DNA from: Lingula anatina
Lineage: Eukaryota > Animalia > Brachiopoda
Assembly: GCA_051362555.1 (NCBI GenBank)
Contig: CM120641.1
Location: 18,414,001-18,478,000 of the forward strand
Direction: 5' to 3'
Length of the DNA: 64,000 nucleotides
Under the pieces are notes generated by a model. That model saw only the letters and a program-made list of their open reading frames with translations. It made no database searches and was not told the origin of the DNA. Numbering within the stretch: the stretch's first letter is position 1; every line of letters starts with the position of its first letter. The position numbers were made by a program, and so were the translations under genes. Below are positions 51,401 through 64,000 of this stretch, in pieces.

Positions 51401-54400
51401 GTTTGCACGCATGGTGTGTTTATTGCACATTTTAATGAAATAACAACCTTTTGTAAAACCTCTCTCTCGTGTTACCATACCTGGAAAAATTACAATGACA
51501 ATTGTGTGTTGTGCTTATCATAGTGGCGTTTTCGTGACCATGTTGCATTTTAGAAACTCCTTATTTTTAATCAAATTATGTTAAAGTTTGGTTAAATTAT
51601 TTAGATGTCTCAGTTATTCACATATTACGTAGATCTTTAAATCTTCTTTATTTGATGGGGAGACCTGAAATGAAAATTTTGAAGGTTGCTTTCAGCTATA
51701 AAAAAAAATCGAGAGACTTTAATTATGGTTTCATCACCTTGTTAAAGTTCAAATCAGCCTCAATTTGTTTGGCTTCAACTTTTCTTACTATATGAATCAC
51801 TTTGATATATTTTTATGTGCTTCATCTCGTTAATAGAGTATAATGAGAGTTTGGACTGCCACACAAACAGCTGGATTGCCCGTGTTGTATAAAGAGACTC
51901 CAGATATCTCATCCACAGAGGAATAAAACAGGAGCCTGTTAACAGCTGATCTCTGGAAACGTAACATCGCCGCTGTGTTATAATATACTAAGTCAGTAGG
52001 CAGAGTAAAATACCCATAACTCAACCAGCATATGAATCGATGAAACACGTTTCACCGCCGTTTATATAAACTTATATAAACAGTAAACTTCCACTACTAT
52101 CATTGTATTTAATTTTTATGGTCATTCTCTGACTAGTTTCAGATTTTGGATACAAGTATTCCTGTCCAAATTTCTTTTCAACTATTGTTGCGTTTGATTT
52201 TTAAAATTAATTATTCCAAAAATGCTAAAAACGATTTTAAAATCTTTTTTATAAAAGAGAGCAACACAGTTACCAGCAATTTCAAAGGAGATTCTTAAAT
52301 AAAAAAAAAAGAAAAAATTGGGACTTTTTTATCCCTTGGTATACCCAACATGAAAAATAGCAAATAACACAGAACAAATTTCGATTCAGAGCGGATCCTT
52401 TCCTGCCATAAGGGTTCTCACTTGCCTGGAAAACCCCACAATAGAAAAAATCGAAAACCTTCAACAAGTCTTTTCTGAGCACGTTGAAGAACCCCTAGTG
52501 GCAGTAGTTTAATGTTTATTATTCTGAACTTCATTATATTACCTTTCGTTTGCGTTTGATGAACTGTGCCTCACGTGAAATTGCATTGCGCGTAGGCCAT
52601 ATGATCCATATACAGGCAACTCGAGCGTTATAAATTTGAATTATAATTTATGTCATCAGTCCGTTGCAAATAAAAAGAGAAGAAAAAAGTGTGACCCCAT
52701 CATGGATCAGAGGAGGTGTTTTACATGGTGGTGCTGTTGAGGGAGTGGCATCGCTGGAGACAACCAGCAGCCAAGCATACCGAATGGTCATTACACGCTA
52801 GATACCATCTGTATAATACAGTCCTTATGTCTTGTTTCCACATACTGTAAAAATGTGTGATCAAGCATAGCTTTCCGTTTGTCTTATAATGAAAACAAGA
52901 CAGGCTCCTAATAACTGCAATTATTTCTATCTGTGTTGAAACGTATACGTATTTTCGTACACATGATATGATATAAAACAGTGCTCCAATTCTGCTCGAC
53001 ATTGGTGAATGTTAAGTTTTTTTTGTGCGCTTCGCGTTTCCAACTTTTTTGTGTGTAACCTGGACTCCTTACTGTAGCAGGTGTTGACAAATGACTTAAT
53101 ATGTCCTAAGTTAGTAAAGCATAAAATGGCTCGGCAAACCAGGTGGCCGTTCCCGTTAAATTTCGCCCGAGGAGTACTTCGTAAGAAAACACTCTGGTAT
53201 CCTTTTGGCTGATTTTGAAAAATATGCATTTGTGTTAATAGCATGACAGAAAATCTTTCCAGAAACCGATTAACGTTAGCGTTTTCAAATTTTAACATCA
53301 TTTCATTCATTTTAGGCATGTACTCAATTTTAATCATTATTTTCGTCATGAAACAATTTCTTTAGTAAATAAAAAAGCCCTAGTCTAAATTATTGACTGT
53401 AAAAATTGTAATAATAATGTATGTGCAATTTATATAAACTTGATGAAGTAATCTTTATCTTTATCGCCACCAAGCCCGACAAATGCTTAATCGTGTTTCA
53501 GATAGTATAAATGAAAGGCATGTGTATTACCAAAGAGTTTCGTTACTTTTTATCACCAAAAGAATATTGACATATGTATTACTTGCTTAATTTTTGTGCT
53601 TTACGGACTAGATTATTAAACGGTTGCCATTTTGTAAAGTAATATTAAGTGTTGGCGTTCTTTATTTTAAGCAAAAATATCGCTAAAATTGGATAAATTA
53701 ATAGCCTAAAACTGTGGTGATAATCAGCGATTTTACGAGTATTTTACAAAATTATGAAATATACTGATACGGCCTACATTAAGATCTATTCAAATAGAAT
53801 TCGACAGTTTCAATAAGTACAGGTCATACTGGATCACTTCAATTTCTTTTTTTTGTTTTTCGCCAACTCGCGAAGCAGATACCAACTTATCACACATAAA
53901 GGGTGAGGCATTTTACTTGAACGGCAAATTTATACAGATGCGTTAGATCATTATATTCTCATATCCACCCTTTTCACCTAGCCGGTTAGGGGGAATTATA
54001 GAAAAGTTCCAAGACCCGTATCTTTGCGTAATGAAGGACAACACCGACTATTTAAGCAGCAGCACATTTATTTCCGACCAGTTACCTGGAGCAGTAAAGA
54101 ACTACAAGCAAAAGCACTTTTTCACAGCAAACAAAAATAAAAAGAGACATAACAACATTGTCTTCAAACAAAGCCCTCTTCCCAAAATTTAAAATCCTTT
54201 CCCTATAAAGAAAGTTTAGATTGGTTTTCAGAATTACCAATTTTCATTTTACTGATTTTCGGCTTCCAAATGCATAGATTCATCTACGAATTGTAATGTT
54301 AATCAAATAATTACCTAGGCATGGTTATCATATTCGAGGTTAATGAAGTATAACATAAGGACCTGCCAAGGTAACATCCAGTCTTAATTTTCATTAGGGA

Positions 54401-54810
54401 AATCTCCAAAATTTGCTTAAAAACTCCAGTCCAATCCAATCATATTTAAGAAGCCTACTATACCATCAAACATTACCAATCTTTTAAACGGCATAGACTG
54501 CTTGGCAGCCTTTCAAGAAAACATAACAATACAAGTTACCACTTTATTAAATATTGCTATTTCAAAGTGTGGGAGAAAGAGGACACCCAACTACAGCCGA
54601 CCAGTTCTTGTAGCTAGCTAGCTAGCTGGCCATTCACTCACTGTGGCGATTGCATCACCCTAGTTACTTACCACTAGGTTTATAATAATTATATAAAACA
54701 TACAACAGAAAATCAAACACTGAAACAATAATGAATCATTGACCATTGTCCTCCAACAACGTGCATAAATGTCCACAATGCCCTGGACTCCTAGCCGATT
54801 TAATCCCATC

Positions 54811-54815
<5 letters not shown>

Positions 54816-54888
<73 letters not shown>
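54816..54888. repeat. (TA)n microsatellite, ~36 units
   Basis: Uninterrupted TA run downstream of the THR stop. Confidence 0.97.
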
Positions 54889-54891
<3 letters not shown>

Positions 54892-57800
54892 TTCTTGTAT
54901 CTTATACAGGTGAGATACACATATATAACATACCTATACATTTATTATATGGACACACTTGCTCAACGTTGCAAACATTTACATGCCTTGCAACAGTAGC
55001 ATGCAGGGGTATATATATATTTAGTGAACAAATGATGAAATCACTGTTTAAATATAAAGAGCATGACAGTGCACTCCTTTCCTTACAATGTATTTAGCCC
55101 AACAAAGAGCCATATATGATATATATGTTTATATATATATATTTACAGTACATAAATGTGTGTATATGTATACACACACATACATGTACTGCCTGTCTAC
55201 TAAGAAGGAATTAAGAGCTATACCCACAGTATAATATTAATTATTGTCATTATCATAATAAGTGATACTTTTAACAATCTACAATTAAAAACAATAGTCT
55301 CCCCTCTGAGGAATAAGATAAATGGACAGTGCCTACACATTTTTATACAGTGAGGTAGGGCTGGCTGTATAGTAAAGCAGAAGCAATTAAAGCCGTGACA
55401 CTTCACGACAATGGAATCCTATAATACATAACGGCTCTTCTTCCATCTGCATAAGATAAAAGACGTCATATCTATGAGAACTACTCCGTAAAAAGATGAT
55501 ATGGCATTCAAGCAAGCTACTTGCAATGCTGTGCTAATGGTAGGAGACATAACCCACAGTGTTACAAAAACTCCAGGAGTATTTTTGAGAAATGAATAAT
55601 AAAAACAGTCTAAAAACTATTTTCTGATGTTTAAAACATCTGGAACAGTTTCAATTTACAGAAGTACCCTCAAAGCATATACAAGACAGACATATTTCTC
55701 TCAATTTAATGTAACCAACATGCAATACTCAACTCAATAATTATATAAGATCTACTGATCTATTTCATTATTTACATGCTCCAGTAGGAAAAAAAGCAGT
55801 GCATTGTTTGTTTAGGGGGTCATGTACTCCGATGCACTTTCTAAAGAAAACCCCATGAGCTGTTTACCTCCTCGCGTGGCACTTGGCCACCCCCTTCCAA
55901 CCCACCTTCCCTCCTCTTCATCTTCAATCTTATATATGGCATCATAAAATTTGGTTTTTAATACATACCTTAACCCTAATTTACAATAACAACAATAATG
56001 ATAATAGTAAACAATGTTTACAAAACATAATCCAATAAGCATTAACATTACTACTGATACCGCTTCTAGTACGGTTTCTAAACTTCAACTGGTGTGCAAT
56101 GTTACAGCACAAGTCAACATGCTGCCTATTTAACATACTGGTGCCCACGGTCAACTTCTCCCAGCATCTTCATTGTGTGTTGTAATCATCAAACATCAGT
56201 CTAAGCAACTAAATCACGTACCAATGATGTAGATTATTATGATAATAATAACAATGTTTCTGAGCCAGATTTATCTGGATATTATCAACATCACCTCGTA
56301 TGACCACATTACTTATATAGATAGATATATGTATGTATATATGTATATATACAGCAAATAGCAGACCTTTTTTTTTCTACTCCTTACCATTTTAAGTACA
56401 TGTACAATATCCGACATGCACTATACATCAGACATCACTACTTCGCACACTTTCTTTGGCATTTCACAGTAACAGTCTGGTATTAAAACCTTCAAATTTC
56501 TACCTCTTGGCCCAAAAAGCTGGGCAGAAACGCATTCAACTTGGAAACTACGAATGATTAATTCAACTGTTGTAGACTAAAGGGGTTGAAATAACTTTCT
56601 ACTACAAAAACTTAAAGAATAAAAGTTGAAGACCTCGACGTTGGACTTTTGCAACTTTTTCAGTTGATTAGAACAGACTTAACAGTGTGTTAGAGCAGGA
56701 GAATGACCACTTACAGGGAGAGGTCAAAAAGTTATCTTGAAACACAGCACTCTTGGCTGCCACATGAGCTCACTTTTTGGACTAATAACAACTATGGACT
56801 AGAAAGCCTTGCCACCAACACAATTGGGAAAATAACAACACTATATAAGAAACTACCTAAAATACTACTTATCTAGTAAGAGAGAAAAAGACTAGCAGTT
56901 ACCACTGATCTACATCACTTTGTTAACATGTCACCGGGTAGCGAACATTATGCACAGTCATACTAACATCCAGTAAAGGTCATCCCTTTATAAATTCAAG
57001 AACTTGATATAACAACTTAAATTGGCTTTTCATTGCTCATAATGTTGCCATGAGGGTTTTTCTAAATATATTTTTGGCAAGTAAAATCACAGTCAACCTA
57101 ATGGTTTTGATAGAAAATATTCCCTAGGTAGTTACTATCAAACGGGCATCAAGTGGAGAAAAAAAAAAAAGGCACAAAAGATCTTGGAAGTGAAAATATA
57201 TATGGCAGAATATCAAATAGGCAACAGAATATCCAAAAGTCTGGTCAAGAAAAATAACTTTTGATTTATAAGTTCCGTCTGCAGGTTTGCTATGTTTTAA
57301 CTTGCTACAAGGAATCACATTCACTTAAATTTATAAAAAGATGCTTAACTGATGTTTAACCCAATAATATGAATAAGTTACTGACCAAAATCCCATAACA
57401 ACCATCTGCTTACAATTCGCTCCTTAGTGGAGTATTTCTACAACATATGATGAACCTATCTACATCTAATAAATTGCTTTCCTATCTGTGTAGATGACAA
57501 GATTTCAGAATAATTCCAGACAAAGACTAACCCCACTGATATGTACTTGCCTCATGTACTTAATATATATTAAGTGTCTTACCTCAATGCACTGACTGTA
57601 ATTACTCATTAATTAGAGAAAAAAGAGAAAATAAAAGCAAAGATAAATGTCCCCTTTTCTCCCAAAACAATGCTTTGGTCATACCATCTAAAATGACAGT
57701 TGGATTCATAAAAGAGAAGAATTTTTTTTTTTCGTTTTTTTTTTTTCCAATGAGTAAATAAAAATTATAAGTCTCCATCAATCTTAAAGGTAAAAAAGAC

Positions 57801-58410
57801 AACTGAAATTTATGAGTAATAATCAGTCTTCAAATGTGCATCTAATGAACATATCTACAACATTGCAGTGACTGCATATTATCTACTAAAAATATGGGAA
57901 CACCTACAATGGAAAGTGACAATACAATTTATGTATCTCAAGATTCATTTAATGATCGTGTGCATTTCCCATTTTATTTTTTGAAAAAAAGTTTAAAAAA
58001 AAAAAAAAGACTGAGAATTATCTTGCAAAATTTATCTTCCTTTGGATTTTTGCAACCTATAGGTCTGCAGCTTATAGCCGCTTGAAGCTAGAAAGCACAG
58101 AAAAAAAAGCACTATCTTATGCAATAAGAGTAGAAACATTTCAATCTCATTGTTTCAATGCATGATTGAATGTAAGAAAAAACTGCACACTACCACACAC
58201 AGTACAGACTGCTAAGAAAACACCAAAAATAGCACCCTTCAGTCCAAAACAGACAGACAAAATCTTGCCAAATAAATCTTTTTAAGATATTCTTGTGACA
58301 AGTGCTGAAATATATTTGATGGTTATTCAAGTTCACACAAAGAAGAAAGCTGGAGTGACAATTATAAGAAAGATATGGCAAACGCAGATTTGCTTCCTGT
58401 CTTTTGCAGT

Positions 58411-61400
58411 TTACTGACAGCTGTTGATATAGAGGTCCTCTGACTTTGGTGGAGGGGACGCATACATTCGATCTGGCTTCGACTGTGGATGAAATGGGTT
58501 CTGGTCAGGCATCTGCACTGTGTAGGAGCCTGGATCATGCCTCATTGGAGGCGGAGGCAACATGTGATTGACAAGATTTGACTGTTCAGTCTTCAGCAAC
58601 TCCATTGCTTGTCGCCTGTCGTTATTCTGCTGCTCACCTTCATCAAACATTTCCAGGAACAGTGGTGGAATTTCACCGGGGCAATCCAATTTTATGCACA
58701 GAACTCGCTCTGCATGTCTTGTGCTGATTGTGCGAAGATCCGTGACTTTCATCAGAATCTTTGCCCAATGAACTGGCTGGTCTGGCCTGCGTTCTGCTAT
58801 ATAGCGTTTATATGCCCCCAACACAGCATCCTGGAGCTTTTCCACACTTTCAGGTTCTTTTAAACCTGTACGATCTTAATAAAAAGAAATGTAAATGTAT
58901 TTATACTTTTAAGTAAACCAAAGGCCTGTAACTTAAAACAAACAATATCGTTCAAAGTGTAATAACTATTATAAAAAAATTTAAAAATTTGAATTATGCT
59001 CAATTTTGCACAAGTCCTTCATTATTTTGTATATATCTAAAATACCTTTGAACATTTATGTGAATTCAAAATGTGAATTCAAAGCAAGTGTTGGCAGCTA
59101 TGTTGTGGACAGACATTTACAGTACACAGGTATGAACTCATAAAAATCTCAGCTTTTTAAGCCAAATATTTGCCACAAAACCTAACTGCATTGCCACCAG
59201 TTTATAGTGTAATTTACAGAAATGTTGAAGGGCATCATTTCATATTTCCCAGAAAATGATATTTGAACTCAGATATATGACAAATATTTAATGCTTTCTT
59301 TCTGAAAATAAATATTCCACAGCAGTCTCATTTGAAAAAGTAAGGAATTGTGCACACATCTATACATCCATACATGGTGGGAGAGTGATTATGCAATGTT
59401 AAGTAGATTTGCATTGAAATGACTTGGCCAACTGTTTTTGTTTGAAAAGGGTTAAGTTTAAAGCATTTAACACCACCTCTCTTCATAAACGCATACACAG
59501 GCCTAACTAACTACCAGACTGGGCACTGAATGATCCTGAATTCACCGGTAGATTGGACTACACTAACCGTTTTCAAGGTGTGCATCAGTACGTATTTCAC
59601 AGTATCATACCCCGGAACAAATTTTGAGATGAGATGCACTACTTTCCAACCCCGCTGAGAATCATCACTATCACATCGCGTACTGGGCAAGAGCAGTCTC
59701 ACGTCTGATATTTCGAAGCGCATACTGATACACACCTTGAAAACAGGTAGTGTGGTTTGATCTACCGAATTCAAATTCAGGATCATTCGGTGCAGAGTCT
59801 GGTGGTTGGGTAGGTCTGATACAGAAAAGTATAGGATATGGTTACGTAACTTCTCCACCTACCTGACTGCATCAACAACACAGCAGCTAACAGAGCAATC
59901 TCAGTCTTATCCAATTTTAACTTGGCCAGGCTCATAGCAAACTCAAAGATGGGTTCCACAAGGAGACCAAAGCCCCCTCCTCTCATCTGAGCCTTGTTTA
60001 GTGTCAGGCCACTCTGTAGGGTCAAGGTCTGGTCATCTGGGTTATAACGGCATGCTGCTCGCAGACACATAATTTCCATACAGCATGACTTCAAAAGCAG
60101 AATCTGGTCATCTACATTTAACTGAAATTATTCCAAATTTAAGAAATTCTGTGGTCAAATTTTCACTGAAATGAATCAGAATTAAAGCAATTTACAATAC
60201 AGATAACTGAAACTAAAAATTTAAGAAATGTCTAACAATCACATTTTACTAACAGAAAATTAACCATTATATATAGAACTTACATTGACAAATCCTGGCA
60301 CTTGTTTCGCAAATTCAACCACTTTCACAATAGATGGCGTCATTATCTCGGCTAGCTGCTGCCACACCTCTGGGTTTGTTCGATCCAATTTCTCTTCATC
60401 CTCACAACGAGGCTGAAATTGACACAAAGGCACTTAACAGAGATATTCAACGGGAATTTGTTACAATGTGCCAATTTTGAGAAATTGATTTTACCTGAAT
60501 GGGTGAACTTACCAAAGCCTACTACATGGAATTTAAAGGGGTATAAACATCTTAATTTCTTAGTCCCTGCTACTTAATTATGATACTTAGAATACATTCA
60601 TCTCTCTATTTTCATTCATGCATAAGGATAAAAGAAAGGTATTGATCATTGCAAAAAGCAAAAACTATCAAAGCCATGATTAAGAAGCCTGGGAAAATGA
60701 TAAAATTGTTATATATGATGACACCGCTATGGCAAATAACATTGTCAAAATTATGTAAATTTCCATCGACAAAATTAAATGCCACCAAAACAGAAAAAGA
60801 ACCAGTCATGTTTCTTTTTTGTATATCTCTTACTCAGGCTGCAAGAATTTGTCAAAATTTGCCATCTTTCAATGAAACAGCAATTTTGATAGTTAAATTA
60901 CATTGATTGATCAAAATACAAAAATGGCACCTTTCCAATTGGCTCATTCGAACAGTCTTCAAGCTACTAATGACTTCCGTCAAAATATAGAATTTCCAAT
61001 TTTCAACAAACCAAATAGCTTTAAGCAGATTTCGTCATCAATACTGTGATTTTTTAAGGTAACATGACCTTATAATGTACAGTAACCTAACCAATACTTG
61101 GGTTATTTCAAATCTATTTATAGGATATTATAATCATAAATTTTGAAAATGAAGCCACTTGGGAAGGGTCAAATGATTAAAAACAGGGGGCAAATTTTAA
61201 GTCTTAATTTATTCTTCCCTGAAATATTCATAAAATTTCCAATTGTGAACCTGAAATTTTCACAAACAATTGGAACAGAGAGCAACTAACTAGTATAGCA
61301 ACAGCTTAAACAGATATTTATGCAGGGATGTGATTGGGTAAAAAATAAAGTTTCCTAAAATTTTGAAATTCCCAGTACAATCATACCCCAGCATACATAT

Positions 61401-63258
61401 CTATAACCAAAAGCCGTCAAGCGCAAGAAGAGACTATTCCATTCAAATATGGGACAAGGTATTGCCTCTTAGCTCAATCCCATTTTAACTACCCTTCAAA
61501 TAAATCTTAATACAGTTCAGCCAGTAGGCTGACCAATACCTGTGCACACATTGTCTCCAAGTCCCAGTTTTTAAATGGAAAGGCACTTATATGAACAACA
61601 GGCAAAACTAAAAAAAATGTGAATTTGGTCCGATATCTTAATCCTTTCTGCACAACATCATTTTACTGTTAAAAACAAAACAACCAGTTATTTTTCAAAT
61701 CCACTGGTTTAAGATTTCAGACCAAATTGACAGAAATGACATTCTCCATCTTGCATGCACACTGCTGGGTGTTTCTTTCCAATGATCTCTAATTTGAGAG
61801 AGTTTGAGCTGCTTTTCATTTTTTTTTTTTGTAATTAAACATTTAAAATATAATTTTGCAGGCAGACAAAACACAACCATTAATCAAGCATGAAAGTTGC
61901 CACACCATTGCTTTTCTCCTTTTAAAGAAAACAAACAACAAGGCAGCTAAAGCTGACATGTGGACAGACAACATTTAATGGTGTTGATGTGGAAGATATT
62001 ATGCCAAATATTATAATTTTGGGTCTTGTCACCCCAAACTTCTTCCATAAATGCAGATTCAAATGTGAGAAATATTGAATAGTGACACATTTCCAACTGG
62101 CTACTTCTAAACTTGAGCTAAATTTTAGTCCTATGAGTTATACAAGTTTAAGAATAATAAGTAACAGTTTCATTTTCATTGTGTTTATGATGAAAGTGCA
62201 CAAAACCAGGGTTTTGTCAATTCTAAGCTTAACAGCATAACCACGTATTACTGTTACTGAGGACATTCAGAAAATGTAATTGAGCTTCAGGACCATAGGA
62301 GTTATAAGTGAAAATGCTAATTCATAATACTTTGTAAATTCAAGCTAAAAATCCAATCGGACTGATTTTCAAACTCAGCATATTTTAATCATTTTCAAGT
62401 GTGAGATTAATATATAACATGCCTTTCCTTTAAGGTATTTTTGTTGAAAGAGCACAACGATGGTGATGACACAGGTGATGGCTATATGTCCAGACACAAA
62501 GTGTCTGTCCATAAGAGAGAATATATATTAATTAGCTTGAACAATATTCTAGATCAAAATACAATTGAACAGGTTGAAAAAATATAAGCCGATTTAAACT
62601 CAACAAAATGGTTCCAAAGACTGCAAAAATGTCAACCTGTTCCCCGTTTTTTGAATTCCTTTCTTTTTACTCCACTTGTCCCTCCCATGATAACCAGTCA
62701 GCTTCAACATATAGATATTTTTCGTTGACCCTAAAGTAATATTATAATTAAAAAAACTATTATGCCTATGCAACAATTATGAAATGAAAATAAAAAACAG
62801 CTCTATCAAAAGGCTTAAGTGAACAAAGGTATGTTTCATGCATTTGTATTAAAAAAGTCTTAAGCAAAGACAACTTAACAGAATTCCAAGACGTCAAAGG
62901 AGAAAAGCAATTCCATTCCACCGGATGCATTTCTACGGAGAATTTTGTTTTCCATTATCTGTGGATAATAAAGCATGAAGCAAAACCAAAAAAAAAAGCG
63001 TTAGCTATGGAAGCAACAGAGCGGCAATGCAAGACTTCATTAAGTCACTCACTATCGTGTAATTTTTTGTCACATTTACAGAAGTTTGCTCATAGGCAGC
63101 CACAATATCCTGGACCAGCATCTTGTCATCCTCAGTCATGGAGTCGTGCATGCAGTGTTCTTGTTTCAGCTTCAGACGCATCTGTTCCATGCGACGCCGC
63201 TCACGATTTTCTTCGATTAATTTTCTCTTAGCTACTCTCTGCTTCTCATTAAGGACCA
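58411..63258 (-). CDS. THR: Thyroid hormone receptor (NR1A), hinge and ligand-binding-domain exons; DNA-binding domain lies beyond the window
   Basis: Exons 63053-63258, 60284-60412, 59863-60121, 58411-58874 join in frame. TR-diagnostic hinge VLNEKQRVAKRKLIEENRERRR, then TPSIVKVVEFAKQVPGF, DQILLLKSCCMEIMCLRAACRY, ALLAAVLLMQSDR, WAKILMKVTDLR and AF-2 PPLFLEMFDE. Confidence 0.93.
59500..59818. mobile_element. Foldback/palindromic element in last THR intron
   Basis: ~100-bp imperfect inverted arms: CTACCAGACTGGGCACTGAATGATCCTGAATT..GTTTTCAAGGTGTGCATCAGTA versus TACTGATACACACCTTGAAAAC..AATTCAGGATCATTCGGTGCAGAGTCTGGTGG. Confidence 0.8.
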
Positions 63259-64000
63259 CTGGAAAAAAAAAACAGTTGAGATTGAAAATAAATATATTTG
63301 TAAGAATTTGAAGTATAATTTTGAAAACGAATTTAATATTCATCAAAACTTGATGTAACAGTCTCCAATGTTAACTACTGGCCCAACTGTCAGTAAAAGT
63401 GTCAGTAAAAATCAGATCACCCCAGTGAAACTTTTTAAAAACAGTTGCTTTTTTTCAATGGGCCTGTGGCTTTTTTTCAGCTTTAATGTGTACTCCAATT
63501 CTTTTTTTATAAATGTTTGACTAAATGTTGAAGTTTTTTTTTCAAAATAAACTTCTGAAAATCCCATGTTTTTGTTCTTATTTGTGATAGGAAGCCTGTT
63601 TAATCTCCATATGTTAATTTTAGTAAATTTTTTAGATAATTGGACTTGGGTTGGAGAATTTTGGTTGTGGCCAGTAGATTGTCAGACCCTGGTGGCTTTG
63701 ATGGTTTTTAAGTTGAAAAGTATTTGCAACAGACTGATTCAATTTAGAAAAAAATATCATAATGCATAATAATTCCATAAAATGTAATGCAAACATGATG
63801 AATAATATCTTTCAAAATTTCACTCAATTAAGTTAAATACTGAATATAAGCTTTTAAATTAAGATTTTACCATGCTAGCAACTACACAATGAACGTAATA
63901 TTTTTTTCTTTTCACACCCGAGGCCCTCAGAGGTGTACGGGGGTTGTGAACTCTGTGTTTACAAACTCATGCTAAGTTACAAATATGTTGATCACAGCAC

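Overview
AT-rich, intron-containing animal genomic DNA. The gene content and repeat types suggest a lophotrochozoan, probably a mollusc (inference). Five spliced genes were reconstructed by hand from GT-AG junctions and frame continuity: (1) the last three exons of a Na+/Ca2+ exchanger (SLC8/NCX, +, 4084-6016); (2) a complete 17-exon diphthine-ammonia ligase DPH6 with C-terminal RidA/YjgF domains (-, 10680-22351, ~692 aa); (3) golgin-84/GOLGA5 (+, 24050-34224, ~734 aa), head-to-head with DPH6 across an NRF1-motif promoter; (4) alpha-SNAP/NAPA (-, 41238-46132, ~293 aa); (5) the hinge and ligand-binding exons of a thyroid hormone receptor (-, 58411-63258, continuing beyond the window). The standout observation is in alpha-SNAP: two tandem, equal-length (174 nt), phase-0, intact but diverged (34/58 aa identical) copies of the penultimate exon, separated by a 71-nt intron. 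This is the signature of mutually exclusive exons giving two SNAP isoforms from one gene. The window also holds foldback MITEs (one nested in an older one), a Helentron-like composite repeat carrying AGGTCA half-sites, a decayed Tc1 transposase, a decayed exon duplication in GOLGA5, a 34-bp minisatellite and microsatellites. Most short ORFs in the supplied track are noise or antisense shadows of real exons.
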